A DNA stretch of 64,000 nucleotides from Zootoca vivipara. Taxonomy: Eukaryota. This document shows, piece after piece, positions 50,245-64,000 of this stretch. The position numbers and the translations under genes were made by a program. Below the pieces are notes generated by a model. The model was not told the DNA's origin. It worked only from the letters and a program-made list of their open reading frames with translations, and made no database searches. The DNA is taken from contig NC_083286.1 in NCBI RefSeq assembly GCF_963506605.1, positions 36,952,001 through 37,016,000 on the forward strand, given 5' to 3'. Each line of letters begins with the position of its first letter. Within the stretch, counting starts at the first letter, position 1.

Positions 50245-50624
50245 TCAGGAAAATTCCGCAATGGAGTCCTACCCCTACCTTTCAGTCATAGACAAATACG
50301 AGCAGACAAGTATGAAAAGCACTCCCATCTTTGTGAATTGCTTCCTTGAATAAATTAAACAAAGCTTAATAACTATAGGAAAGGAAGCATAGGAGGTTAG
50401 GAATTCATGTGACCTAAACTGAATGGTACACATTTCACAGAAGACACTTCTCTTGAAAATACTCCCATAAAAATTAGAAACAATACACAGGAATTTAAAC
50501 TGCACAAAAGAGAAAACTTATATTTTGCAGGACAGTCACAAAATTATGCCAGAAAATATTTTTTTATTATCAGTAATCAGTATCTAAATAAAATTGGGCA
50601 GTTGGAACATAATTTTATCCCTTA

Positions 50625-50813
<189 letters not shown>

Positions 50814-51048
50814 TTAATTCAATATACCTCTGGATGGGGGGGGGGAGGAGGCAGGGAACAGGGGGAATTATATCTGCCTTGATGTAGGTTATCTTGATAA
50901 GCTGAATACAATATACTGTGCTTTGAATTTCTTTGACCTTCATTAGAATAATTCCTTGTATAATCTTAATTATAGTCTCAAAAGGTTTTTCCACCAAGAC
51001 TGTATACACTCTATGAAGGAGTATTTTAAAATTACAAAATTATAGTTA

Positions 51049-51252
<204 letters not shown>

Positions 51253-51980
51253 TCATTTATGACAAATGGTAAATAGAAATAATTTTAACATGCATGGATT
51301 AGGTTAAAATTTAGTCCGAACAAGCAATTTAATAGATCCATTTAGCTACAATTCTAATTTTCAGTGGCAGACATTGTAATAATAATTTTTTTATTTTTTT
51401 TTAATTCTGGTGTACTTCTGAATATCAAGAAATCATTACCACCAATATTTCAGTAATGCTACACATCTATCTAAAATAGTTGATTAAGTGTCATCACAAA
51501 AAAAGAGGAAGCGTCACTGTGGTTTCTTATTGCTATAATCATCTGAATGACTTCCTGGATTCCTACTAACCAAACAGTTACAACAATATCTGAATATAGG
51601 CTTGCCAAACATCATACAAACCACCATCATACAAGGCCAGTCTCAAGAACATCTTTGTGGTCTCCATGGAAACCTAATTATTCTGAAATTTCTATGATTT
51701 CTGCATTTGGGAAGAGGTGCTTTGAAGCTACGACAGCCAGCTGATTGTTGAGGCCCAATTGTCAGGACTTGTCCCCGCAGAACTTAATTTCAATCCACAG
51801 AGGTGAAAATGGGTTACCTGATGTCAGAATGTCAGGTGACAGGTAGGGTGGTCCGCAGGGGGTGGAAAAGGTAAGGACCTGGACTGCTAGCCTGATCCAG
51901 TTCTGTACCCCTTCTTTATGTGAATAAACAAGCTGTCGTTTTAGATATCTACAGTAAGTACCATGACAAGAATATATTTA

Positions 51981-52091
<111 letters not shown>

Positions 52092-52735
52092 TCATTAAAA
52101 AATACCATTACCAGTTAACATTTCAATTGCTGATTTTACTTGGGATATACAATTCAAATGAGGTTAAATTAACAACCTAAGCATCATTACCATAACTCTA
52201 TTCTGCAGGCTAGAAATGACTACTTCTCACCTGCTCTGCCAACCCACTTGATTTCTTTGCTGGGTGCACAAGAAAGGGCTTCATCCCATGAATGTCCAGC
52301 ACAGAAACTCAGCAGACTGGTGGCTCTTTCCCTCAGCCATCACACTCCACTTTTAAGTATTCCAAATGCAGAGAACTAGCCTCCAGATTAACTTTAAACT
52401 GGCAATCTTGGTAATGCTTTAATTTTAAAATACTGTTCCGACACACACACACACAAAATACTATATTTTCTTAGCTTCTCAAGAGCATTGTCCAGCTAAA
52501 AACCACCTCTTGAACAGTTTGATTGATTTAATACAGCCACAGGGAAGCAGCAGTTTTTTTGACTTAGCACAAGTATTTCCACTCCCCATAAAGTATATGA
52601 TCAAATAATACAGTTCCACATACTGTATCAAGGGTAGGGAACCGTTTTTGCTCTGTGGGCTACATTTAGCAGGATAGTCACAGGCCAAATTTGACAGGTG
52701 GGCGGACAGCTATAGAGAGCCTTTTAAATCTGATA

Positions 52736-52958
52736 CAGTGGAACCTCGGTGGTCGAACGTTTCGGAAGCCGAACAATTTGGAACCTGAACACCAACAACC
52801 CGGAAGTGAATGCTTCCGTTTTCGAACGCACCTCAGCTTCCAAGGTGCGTTTCTCCATCTTTAAAAAGGAATTTGCCTACCAGCAACTGCACCTTGGTTG
52901 TTGAACGTTTCGGAAGTCGAACGGTCTTTTGGAACGTATTACAACTGAGGTTCCACTG
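52736..52958. mobile_element. Tc1/mariner MITE
   Basis: TA-CAGTGGAACCTC...GAGGTTCCACTG-TA. Confidence 0.82.
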
Positions 52959-53344
52959 TAGTGACAAAGGACACAAGCCCACTGCAGAACTGCTGAATTT
53001 TTTTTCAAATTGGCAAAATGTACCTTAATAAGCAGAACTACTCCACCATCCCATGTACATACCAAGAAATGATAATGGCCTATACGATTAAACCTAAGCT
53101 GATAAAAGTACAAAGTTTCCCCATAGGACGCAACTTTCAAAAGGGAACAAATCCATTGAGGAACTACTATGCAAGCCCCACTGAAATAAACACTCATGCT
53201 CTTGCACAACTTTAATTCATTTCCATGTAGCAGTGGCCCCAAGGCAGCAAGAAGTTTCCCATGAGGAGAAAAGTAGTTTTAGTTCTTAAAGTTTATATTT
53301 TAGAAGAACAAGCTACACATATAAATCACATCTGTAATACTCAC

Positions 53345-53411
53345 CTGATGTCTGGTGACAGGTTTTCCAGATGAAAATGGTTTTTGAAATAAAATCATAA
53401 AAAATGCCGAC
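53345..53411 (-). CDS. SLC30A5: SLC30A5 exon 3
   Basis: SAFFMILFQKPFSSGKPVTRHQ. Confidence 0.95.
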
Positions 53412-53909
53412 CTATGAAAAATGGGAATTTCCATTAGATCAAGTAAAATTACAGTTTATAAAAGGGAAGTGTTCAAACCAACACTGGCTATGTGTTTTAA
53501 AATACTTATTTAAGTATCGAATCTTAATCCTACAAAACAGAAGATGAACTCTTAGCTACTAGTTGGTCTAAACCAGCTTGCAAACATGCTTCTGACCATG
53601 GTTCTAAACAGTGGTTTGGTACCAATTATGTTTAGAGAAAACATTGGTGCAGAGTAACATCAACTAGTTAGCTGTGAAAATAAATGAGGACAAGAGGGAT
53701 TTGCTTTGGTGACTTCGAGGCATTACATCTGAACCTACATACCTCCGGGTATAGGGTGGTATATAAATTGAATAAATATGGTATATAAATTGAATAATAA
53801 TAATACATTCTCAACAGTAAATCTATGATTAGTAAAAAAGCAAGTTATAAAATTAATAAAGATATAAAAATAATCTCAATAGAAGTTGCTGTAATCAAAA
53901 GTAAACTTA

Positions 53910-54059
<150 letters not shown>

Positions 54060-54176
54060 CTATGAGATATTGGCAAGCATTTAGATATGAAAATTTATAT
54101 ATATTCAATTTATATTATTCTAATAGCAAAAATTTAGAGCACCATGTCAGTAAACTAAACACAACTTACTCTTGAT

Positions 54177-54312
54177 CAGGCACCCCCAAACTTCGGCCCT
54201 CCAGATGTTTTGGACTACAATTCCCATCATCCCTGACCACTGGTCCTCTTAGCTAGGGATCATGGGAGTTGTAGGTCAAAACATCTGGAGGGCCGCAGTT
54301 TGGAGAGGCCTG
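54177..54312. mobile_element. 136-bp palindromic hAT MITE
   Basis: 8-bp TSD CTCTTGAT. Confidence 0.9.
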
Positions 54313-55699
54313 CTCTTGATCATAATGTTTACCTGCCCCTAGCAGATAACCATCTAACTGTGCCAAAAGGTTGAACAAAAACAAAACACTATGGGGCCTG
54401 GATGTGTCTGTTTACATACTCTTCAAAGCATCCTTATACTGGAATACTATGAAATAAATAGATTATGTTCACCTGGGGCAAATTTCAGCTCAATATGTTT
54501 ATCAAATGCTGTACACTGTTGATGTGTCAAAATGTATGCAGTGATATGCCTGGAGCACAAAACGCTATATTACTATGGATTTCTGTGCTCCAACATTTAA
54601 AAGAACAAGATGACTTCTGGGATAAGAGGCACTGCAACCAGCCTGCCAGCCATTGCATGCACCACAGAACTTGAACTCTGGGTCTGGGAATGTGTGAATG
54701 GAGCAAGAGGAAGCATACTTCTATGCAACGCAAAATATTGCTTACTTAACATGGTTGGTCTACTAAAAGATAACCTTAGCCTAGCTATCCAACAGCCACC
54801 TGTGCAACTGAACTAAACAGATGAAACCTACCATATATAGGGAAGCTAGATCCAGAGGTTCTGAACCCTTCATGCTGCTTCACAAGCTACCAAACTCCTA
54901 CATACACAATCCCCACTTGCAACATCACACATGACTATCCTACCTACATGCAATTAGCTGTGCACATACTGCTGTGTGCCATATGCACCAGCAGGAAATT
55001 TATATATTGCAATCTACGTGCAGAAATCATGTAACTTCTGTGTAGGAGTTTGACAATGTGTTAAATGGCTCCTGGGAGTTGCACAGAATGGAGAACTAGC
55101 TACACAGAATGGAAAACTAGACACAAAATCTCAGAAGCTGTCCAATGTGGGGTTTTCCCTATTAAACACAAGGCTTAGATATAAGATCACATTCTGGGTT
55201 TGGACCTGTCACTAGGCCAGCCAGATGCAAAGAAGAGACATGTGTGTGGCTCCTATATCTTTATCATAGAGACAATCTGGGAGATGCAGCTTGACATATC
55301 AAAATATTGGAACACAGGAGGAAAAATCTAACCAAATCTCCCAAGTTTCCCCAATTCCACGTAACTATCTAAGTTTTAAATCCCAAAGAAAGGCAGCTTT
55401 GTTCATTTCTTTCAGCAAGAACACCAAGTCCCATGACACAACAGGTTTCCTTGGGCAGAAACTTCCAAGACCCAATTTACCATTAGGCACTACATCGGAT
55501 GGCGTGGACTCCAACCCACCAAAGCCTATGCCCTAAGAAGCTGGCAAGCCTTCAAAGAGAGCACAAGATTCTTCATTGTTTGAGCGGGTCAAAGTGACTG
55601 TTCTCTTTCTCATAACAATAGGAGCCCTTGAGCACTTATTCAACAGTACAGGAAGTCCTGTGCTCCTTCAACCTGGCATCCCTAATTCTTAGCCTGGAT

Positions 55700-56540
55700 G
55701 GCCGGCCATAGCTCAAGACGATGCCCGGCTCTTTCTAAGCCCACGCCAGCCTTCCCTGCAGAGCAGGCCGAGCATAGGGAGCTGCCTTACGCCGAGAACC
55801 AGACCATCGGCCCATCTTAGCTCAGCATGGTCCGCGCTGACTGGCAGCGGCTGCCCAGGATGCCAAGCACGAGGCCCCTCTCTCTCGACCCTAACCGGAG
55901 GCGCCGGGGATTCAACCCGGGATGCTCCGCCCCCTGGCCGCCTCCCTCCGTGCCCCCTAAGCACGCCTATCGGGGTGTGTTTGGGGGCGCCGGGGGGGCA
56001 GGTCTGCAGCAAGAAGCCCCCCACATCCCGCCCCGCGAGTCCCCCACAGGCCCTGCCTCAGGTGGGAGCCCCTCTGCCTGCTCCATCCCCGGCGCAGGCC
56101 GTTACCGGGCGCTGGGAACGTCCACGGGCCCCAGTCGCCCGCCTCCGGGCAGGACCTCGCCGCCGCCGCATTTCTCCTCCATCGCCGGCTCTCGGGCCGG
56201 GCCTCCTCAGCCGCCGCCGCCTTCGCTCCCCGCGCGGGGCTGCCTCATCCTCCGCGGGCTGAGGGCCGGCTTCGCCAACAGGCAAGGCCCGCGGGCAGGC
56301 CTGGGCCCGCAGCGGAACAGGAAGAGGCTGGGAAACTGCAGAGCCACGTCCTCACTTGACGCCGGAACTGCTGATCCGGGAGGTTGGGAGAGCGCCGGAT
56401 CCTGGGCGGGGAGGGGGAAACGCGCGATGCCTTTAACAACTACGTTCCCCCTCCCCTCCCCTCCCGCTAGCTAAGTGGATTCGCCCAGCCAGGGCTCTCT
56501 GAGTGCGGTGCAGCGCCGCCTATCGACCGAAAGTCAGCGG
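55700..56540 (-). promoter_or_regulatory. CpG island promoter of SLC30A5
   Basis: Very GC/CpG-rich around exon 1; ETS-type CCGGAA and ACTACGTTCCC motifs upstream; boundaries approximate. Confidence 0.75.
56106..56182 (-). CDS. SLC30A5: Zinc transporter 5 exon 1
   Basis: MEEKCGGGEVLPGGGRLGPVDVPSA(R)|GTAAC. Confidence 0.93.
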
Positions 56541-56905
56541 TGTTTCTCCAAGAGGCCTGGTTTTCTAGCACAGGTAGTCGAAGCTGTGGCTGCCGGATAT
56601 AGTTGCTGAACTACAATTCCCATCAGCCCCAGCAAGCACGGCCAGGCATGATGGGATTGGTAGTTCAGCAAAGTACCTGCCCGCTCTGAGATTGCCCCAT
56701 ACATGTACAGTACTGTACTCGGAAGTATGTGCGCCAATTCCACCGAGTTTACAGAAGTCCAGGAAGGCGCGTTATGCTGGTCGGTCTAGCCCAGTATTTT
56801 ATCTTCTCTGGCTGGCAGCTGTGGCTTTTTAGGATCTGCGTCAGGAAACGGCCTTTTCCTTTGCTGCTGCGGATCTTGTCCCCCTGCAGCAAAGCCTGTC
56901 CATGA

Positions 56906-56993
56906 CATAGCTGCCAAGTTTTCCCTTTTCTCACGAGGAAGCCTATTCAGCATAAGGGAATTTCCCTTAAAAAGGGATAACTTGGCAGCTATG
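56906..56993. mobile_element. Short (about 90 bp) hAT-like MITE, same family as 12167-12256
   Basis: Near-identical sequence; GTCCATGA on both flanks, with 3 extra nt on the right. Confidence 0.8.
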
Positions 56994-59900
56994 GGAGTCC
57001 ATGAGCTGTTGTCCTTCCCCATGTTCAGTCGGGCTTCATTGTCAAATAAATGTGGGCACAGGACACACATTTACACAGAAGTAAATCCTGATGAGTTCAA
57101 TGGAGCAACCGCCCCCTGGGGCTTCTCCAGATTGCATTTATTGAGCATTCATCCTAATTTATTGAGCACCCTGATCGCTTGCACAAAGCAAGCTTAGGTG
57201 ATCCCCAGGCTATATTGAGCATTCATTCTGACTTGTCGATGGAGAGGTGATGCGACAACAAACATTTATCCCGATTTCATCTGGTTTACCTTGTGCGATG
57301 GTTACACACTCTCCTATTAACCCAATACCTCTCCCCCCCTCTTTTTAGTGCATTTCCCCACCACTTTAGGCGCCTCCAGACTGTCATTGTTTTCTGTGAG
57401 GGTTTAACCTTTAAAGCACACGCCGTAACTTTAGGTTTGTATATTTGAAGTGAACTAAATAGCTTTGCTCCCTTTGTGCAGGGATTGGGGAGGGATTAGA
57501 TTCCAAACTCCCCATCAGCCCCAGCCAGCATGGCTGATGGGAGGAAGGGAGCTGCAGTCCAACAACATCTGAAGGGCTGCAGGTTCCCCATCCCTGTCAT
57601 AGGGCAACAAATCAACTTAAAAATAACAATAATAACCAACAGCAGGCTAAACCCGGTATGTTTACAAATAAGAGCACAAGAAGAGCCTGCTGGATCAGGC
57701 CTATGGCCCATCTAGTCCAGCATCGTGTTCTCACCAGGGCCAACCAGATGCTTATAGGAAACCAGCAAGCCTTGTAGGGTTTCTCATTTCTCACATTTAC
57801 CAGTTCCTTATATTTATGTCCTAAACCACCAGCAGTATTACATGCAGATTTCTGCAAAGTGATTCCATCTTTTATTTCCATTCCTTCTTTCCCACTTCCC
57901 GGTGAATGTATTTGCATGTGGAACGGATGGCAACCGACCTGTATTTGTTTTGTTATTGTTACTCTTTATTTCATCGTTTAGATACTTTTTTATAAATGTA
58001 ATATGGAATAGCCTTTTTCTAAATGCAAAAAGTCCCTTTAAAAAGTGGGTTTCTTGCAACAACTTTAATCTACTTTAATTGTACAAAGCTTGATTACTGG
58101 TGTGCAACTGAATCCTGCCCTGAATGCCTGGAGGTGACCTAGGATTTCCTGGAACTTATGCAACGTTCAACAGGATTTATTTTGTCATGGAACCCGCTGC
58201 AGTCCCCACCCTCCAGCCTCCTCTTCCTAGGCTCGCCAGACTAAAGGAACGAGAATAATTTGACACCTTGCGATCCAGGCCTGGGAGCCTCTGTGTGTGA
58301 AATTACATTCGATTTCACCCTCTTGCCCCGATCTGATCTTAGTTGAGCCTGATCATCGTGGAGGGTGCTCATCTTTGCCTGCCTGCCTGCCTCGTGCACC
58401 AAGTTACTGGAAGGTCTGGCTCTAGTTGGCTGCGCCAGCAAGAGACAATTTCTTGAGGAAATCCAACAACTGTGAAAGGCGAGACTGGAGCTGGCCACAT
58501 GTGACCTCGGCCGTGTAGACATGCCACCAGTCCTCTGGGGCACAGGGTGGCCACTCGACACCCGGTGTCAAGGCTGTCAAAGCAGGGGCAAGAGTTGAGT
58601 ATCAGGACTACTGTCCCAAAATAATTTCATTCATGTTAATTAACCCTTAATGTATCTGTATTACCTTTATTGAGAAGGGTGCTCAGAATTCTTTGGAGAC
58701 TCCCATTCTCTTCACTGAGCAACAATTCCCAGCATTCCCTAGGAGGAGGGCTATAATTCACTCTGAGAATTATAGCTCTGTGAGGGGAATAGGGGTATCC
58801 TAACAACTTTTAGCACCTTTAACAAACTACAGTCCCCAGGTTTGTCTTTCAGTTGGGCTAGGGTGCAACTTGAAACCTACAGAACACCTGAAAGGCATTA
58901 TAGGAGAGTATGATGAGACCTCCAAAAGTGATTAAAGTACCAGTTGTGACATCTTATAGAGAGAGGGTGAGAGAGAAAGGAATAATTTGCTACTAATTTA
59001 TTGTCTTAGTCATTTGCTAAATTATGCAGATTTATTCGGTATTCGGTATGCACACTTATCTGAGAATAGGTCCCACTGAGCACAAAGGAACTTCTGAGTA
59101 GACATGTATAGAATTGCACTGTTGATTTGATTAACTGAGTAAACTTTATTAAATTGCATGGCAGCCTTATAATGATATAATCCATGGTATAGGCATAAAA
59201 TCATATCCATGTATAGAAAATACAAATATGTTCAGGCAGGTATTTCCACTTCGAAAAATCAGGAACCGAAGATATCCAGCCTGTTCTTACCTAATTTTAC
59301 ATGGAAGTAAATCCTAATATGTTACTTCCTGAGTAAAAGAGTACAAAGGATTGCAGCTTGAATAAATTACCAAATGGTACAATATTGAGAGAAGATACCC
59401 AAAACACTATGAGTCCTCTCTTAGGCACTTATATGAATGCTAGGTTGTTATCGGAAAACCGTAAATACTTTGTAGTATTTATTTACTAATTTATTTGAGG
59501 TATTTCTATACTGCTTAATGTTCAGAATTTCTAATATGGAGCTTTGTAATGTTCAATCTTATAGTGCAGTTCCCCAAGGTATATCTGGGAGGAATATGTC
59601 TCATTAACTCAGTGAAATTTACAACTGAGTAGACATGCATAAGATTGTACTCCAAGTAAAAAAGAAAGAAAGGTGATTTCTCCCACTATTAAAGGCTAAT
59701 CCAATGCACCTTTACAGAGTAAATCCTGTTGAAATCACTGGGACTAACCTCTGAGTAAGCATGCATCGGATAGTGCTCTTAATTGACAAAATTGGTTGAG
59801 GCAGTAGCTTTCAAATGGCATGTTGGGTTGCAAGGGACAGAACTGGGTTCACATGCTTAAGAAAGCTAGAGTTTAAGAATAAAAAAAAGTTCCGCAGAAG

Positions 59901-61168
59901 CCAGTTTCCAGCAGCCTCCAGCGCTGTATAATCAGTACAGAGCCTAAATTTACACTCGCCCACATTCCCCCGACTGGGAAAAGAAAAGTTTGGCACAGTG
60001 CCTCCTCAGCCCACACAAACCCCTCTGGTCAGGGAAGAAGGAGGAGCTTGTGCTGTAATACAATAATTGATATCAGAGGAGGAGAACTGTTGCTAGGACA
60101 TTGCTTTTCCAGTGACTCATACAGCACGGATTTAAAATCCTTTGAGCTGTACAATTGATAATATATCACTCTGGGTTTCAAAGGAAAGGTCGGGAGGGTG
60201 GGGTGGGGGAGAGTGTTGCTGCTGTCTGTATTTGCTGACCATATCCATTTTTAAATGCACCCATGCAAATGCCAGATGCACTTTCAAAAGGGTCACATTG
60301 TCGTCCTGTGAGTCAGAGGCCTTCCATTCATGGAAACGGAACCCTCACTTCTGAGACATGAATGGCTCAGAGAACTGTACGATCGGGTAGCTCACAAAGC
60401 TCAGCTTTGGTGTTTCGTTTTGTGGGAACGATAGCGCTGGGAACCTCCTTTGCTTGCTGAGGTTGTAGATCTTCTGCTTTCCCACTCCCCAATTTTGTAT
60501 CCATCCACTGATGGATTCAGACCGTGCACCTTTTCTATCCAGAAGGGGGAGATGTTGCCAAACAGCAGAGTGCATGGCTACAGAGTTCTGAAAACTTGAC
60601 CTCAGGAACACACTCTCCTGAAGTATGCAGCCCAAGAATCACTGTTTGCATAGTACTTAAAGGGTTTTACCTTTGAGGGGTAGGTAACAACTCTTAAAAG
60701 CCTCCTCAAGAATATAATGTACCAACAGTGTGGCTATCTCAGGACAGCTGAGGTTTATGGCCCTGATCCATAAAGTGAAGTTTCTGTAAAGTGCAGTTTG
60801 GCCGATAATGCACTGTTCGTAGCTATGTGCGGTGGCCTCAGATAACAGACAGGCACGCACATTTAGTTCCATATGCTTCACAAGACAGATGGGGAGGAGT
60901 ATCCCTGTCTGCACATTGCAGGACCGATACAGGCTGATGTTCCTTGAAATATAGGTTCCTTGAGATATATTGCAAACAAGGCACGTGGCTCTCAATTCAC
61001 CATGAAAAAATTTATACTGTCCCAGTTATTTGATTTGGAAATCCAGGTAGTGGATGCACATATTTTGCATCAGGCTATGTTCATCAATGAAATTTATGCA
61101 TGGAAGTCTTATTTCTGAAATAGACCATTTTCGTTGCTTGGCTAGTGTATTAAGAATATGTTCACATT

Positions 61169-61674
61169 GTTGTTGTTGTTTAGTCGTTTAGTCGTGTCCG
61201 ACTCTTCGTGACCCCATGGACCATAGCACGCCAGGCACTCCTGTCTTGCACTGCCTCCCGCAGTTTGGTCAAACTCATGTTCGTAGCTTCGAGAACACTG
61301 TCCAACCATCTTGTCCTCTGACGTCCCCTTCTCCTAGTGCCCTCAATCTTTCCCAACATCAGGGTCTTTTCCAAGGATTCTTCTCTTCTCATGAGGTGGC
61401 CAAAGTATTGGAGCCTCAGCTTCACGATCTGTCCTTCCAGGGAGCACTCAGGGCTGATTTCCTTAAGAATGGATAGGTTTGATCTTCTAGCAGTCCATGG
61501 GACTCTCAAGGGTCTCCTCCAGCACCACAATTCAAAAGCATCAATTCTTCGGCGATCAGCCTTCTTTATGGTCCAGCTCTCACTTCCATACATCACTACT
61601 GGGAAAACCATAGCTTTAACTATACGGACCTTTGTCGGCAAGGTGATGTCTCTGCTTTTTAAGATGCTGTCTAG
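61169..61674 (-). mobile_element. RTE-BovB LINE 3' end
   Basis: LDSILKSRDITLPTKVRIVKAMVFPVVMYGSESWT...WRAMVHGVTKSRTRLND*, (CAA)n tail, TSD GTTCACATT. Confidence 0.92.
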
Positions 61675-64000
61675 GTTCACATTAGCAACTTAAAATTCAG
61701 CAAGATCATTTCGCTCCCCCTCCCTGCTGCATTTCAAGCCACATTTGAGCTGTATTCTTCGCATCTCAGAGGGGGCTAGGATGTCCAATGTGTGTGACAT
61801 TTTTGGTTACTCTGCCCCCTCCCACTGAATGCAGCCTCAAAAACGAGCAGTGGGAGCACACTGGATTACAATAAGTGGTAATGTGAACATACCCTAAGTG
61901 GCTCTGGCTGCAATCATATACACATCTACTCAGAAGTAGCCCCATTGAGTTCAGTGAGGCTGCAATCCTGCACACATAAACCCAGTAGACTAGTGGTTGG
62001 TAGAGTGGCAGCGCTCTGCTTGACCTCCTGTTGCCCATGTATTTAGGTCTCACCAAGTTTAGTGGGGCTTTCTTCTGGGAAGCGTGCCTTTATAAATCTC
62101 ATGCCATTATGAGCGTATAAATGTGCTCGAGGTGTATAACTGGCCATTTGGGAACTTTCCACTTGTTTGAAAATGATGTTTACAAAAAAAAGAGAGAGAG
62201 AGAGGAAAGGTGTAAGAAAACTGCGTAAAGTGATGAGTTAACACAATTTTAAAAAATAGGTATTTACAAGTGAAAAAGGACAAAGCAAAACAAATACCAA
62301 ATCGAAATAGGCCTGTGGCCCTCCATGTGTTGGACTCCATTGGTCCCTACCTGCATGGTCAGTGGTCAAAGATGATGAGAGTTGTAGTCCAGCAACATCC
62401 AGAGGGTCACAAGTTGGCCCCCAGCCTTGCTTTAAGAGAGATCACAGAATTGAATCATAGAATTGTAGGGCTGGAAGGGATCCCAAGGGGGATCAAGTCC
62501 AACGCCCTAAAAAGTAGGAAGTACTTCAAAAGTTGGAAGTGGTGATCCTTGCAAAAAAGAAGAAGACATAAACAAAGATGACTACCTTTTACAGTACTGT
62601 ATAAAGCAAACTGAATAAAGCAGCGCTTAAAGGAACAGCCCTGAATTTTATTCTCTATATTGCTTGACGGCTTTAATAGATGGGCGTTTGATGAAATCGT
62701 CAACTGCCTAGCAAATTTATTCATTTAGGATTTTGTTTATCTGTGGCGGAGCATATATCGTTATCTTTATGGCCTTGTGTTTATCGAGCAATAGCAACCG
62801 GAAGGGCAGCCAAGGAAACGACAGCTGAGTAACACTGAGCATGTGGAAGGTGGGTGGATCTCTGTCTGCCTCTCCCGCCCCCCACCCCCACCCCACCCCC
62901 ACGCTTGGATGTCTTAGCCCGAGAGGCCCTAACATATGCTAAGGCTTTGCTTTGTATTTTTGGTCCCCGCGTCCTGCTGCCTCCTGCCACTATTTGCATG
63001 TGCGGTTTCCAAAATACAAAAATACGACAGTGTGGAGCAAACTATGGCAGGGAAACATGCAGACGGCTGCATTCCACGGGCCTGGGCTCAGCTCTTTAAT
63101 ACCCCCATTGAGTAACAGGATCTCCGGCAAGAAGCAGGGAATTCCGGGGCTGGCAAATGTTATTGGGGGTGGAAGGGTGGAGAGGGAAAGGGAGAAAAGG
63201 AGCATGTTAAAACAAAAAAATATAAAATGCCACCACCTTGTGCAACGTCAGTCTTAACAGATTAATTAACTGACATAGATCTACAAAAGGAATTGGTTTT
63301 TTTAAATTTAATTATTAAGTGCTTCCCAGCCTCACCACAGATGGTTTGGGCCTAGACAGGAGTGTGGAATCCTTTCAGCCTGGGGCTGCATTCCTTCATA
63401 GATGATCTTCCAAGGGCCACGGTGCCCTTGTGGGACAGAGTCTGAGGCAGATCAACAGCAGTCTCTTACGTCTGGACAGGTGGCTGCATTCCAGCTGAGC
63501 AAAACAATACATAAATAAGCACTTTTCTAAACACATATCCTCTCTCTCTTACACACGCACATCTGCAAGAAAATATGAGGCACCGTCACAGCTCAAGGGC
63601 ACACCTCAGTCAGTCAAAAGCACTTGAGGGGGATGCAGGGCAGGTCAGGGCAGGTGAGGGGTGTGCCCTGGGAATGGGGTGTGGCCTAGTGACAGGGGTG
63701 GCAATCAGGAGCAGGTCAGCAATAAATCACACAGCATCAGTGAAGTTAACACTTTCAAGGAAGCACCGTTGACTCCGGAGGCCAGACCTAGTGAGCACAG
63801 CTCATCGCAGTAGATCTTTCTCCTATGAGGCTGTTGTTGGGACTGAAGTTTCCCACCTCCTCATAGTTGCTGAAGTCTCCTCCTCCTCTGGTTCCTTCCC
63901 AAGCAATCTGAGACTTCATCGCAATGCTTGTCCTTGCTCTGCCCTCTTCTACCGCTTCTGGTTCTGGGAGACCAGCAGGGAGGGGAGCTGGTCTCAGCAG

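Noticed and set aside
51771-51953. TGTCAGG...AATAAA...TACA block resembling a short solo LTR in SLC30A5 intron 4
   Set aside because: No TSD and no second copy in the window; cannot be supported.
55713-56474. Long GC-rich ORFs (up to 215 aa) around SLC30A5 exon 1
   Set aside because: Pro/Gly/Arg-rich products expected from stop-poor CpG-island DNA; the real exon is 56106-56182.

Overview
Vertebrate genomic DNA, very probably a squamate and likely a lacertid lizard (inferred from Sauria SINE, Squam3-like SINE and BovB repeats). Five housekeeping/cell-cycle genes lie in tandem on the minus strand, in the same order as human 5q13: SLC30A5 (ZnT5; 16 coding exons, 771 aa), CCNB1 (9 exons, 408 aa), CENPH (9 exons, 245 aa), MRPS36/KGD4 (4 exons, 107 aa) and coding exon 1 of CDK7, which continues off the left edge. 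I assembled the exons by hand from splice sites, and each complete gene joins in frame. Introns and intergenic DNA are full of transposons: Sauria SINEs, hAT and Tc1/mariner MITEs, CR1, L1, L2, RTE-BovB, solo-LTR-like elements and Penelope-like fragments. The most notable observations are an apparently intact minimal hammerhead-ribozyme motif in the sense strand of MRPS36 intron 1, a U12-type intron in SLC30A5, a GC-AG intron in CENPH, cell-cycle promoter and 3'UTR elements at CCNB1 and CENPH, a young palindromic MITE family carrying a ZNF143/THAP11-like motif, and multi-level nested insertions. I see no wholly new protein-coding system.
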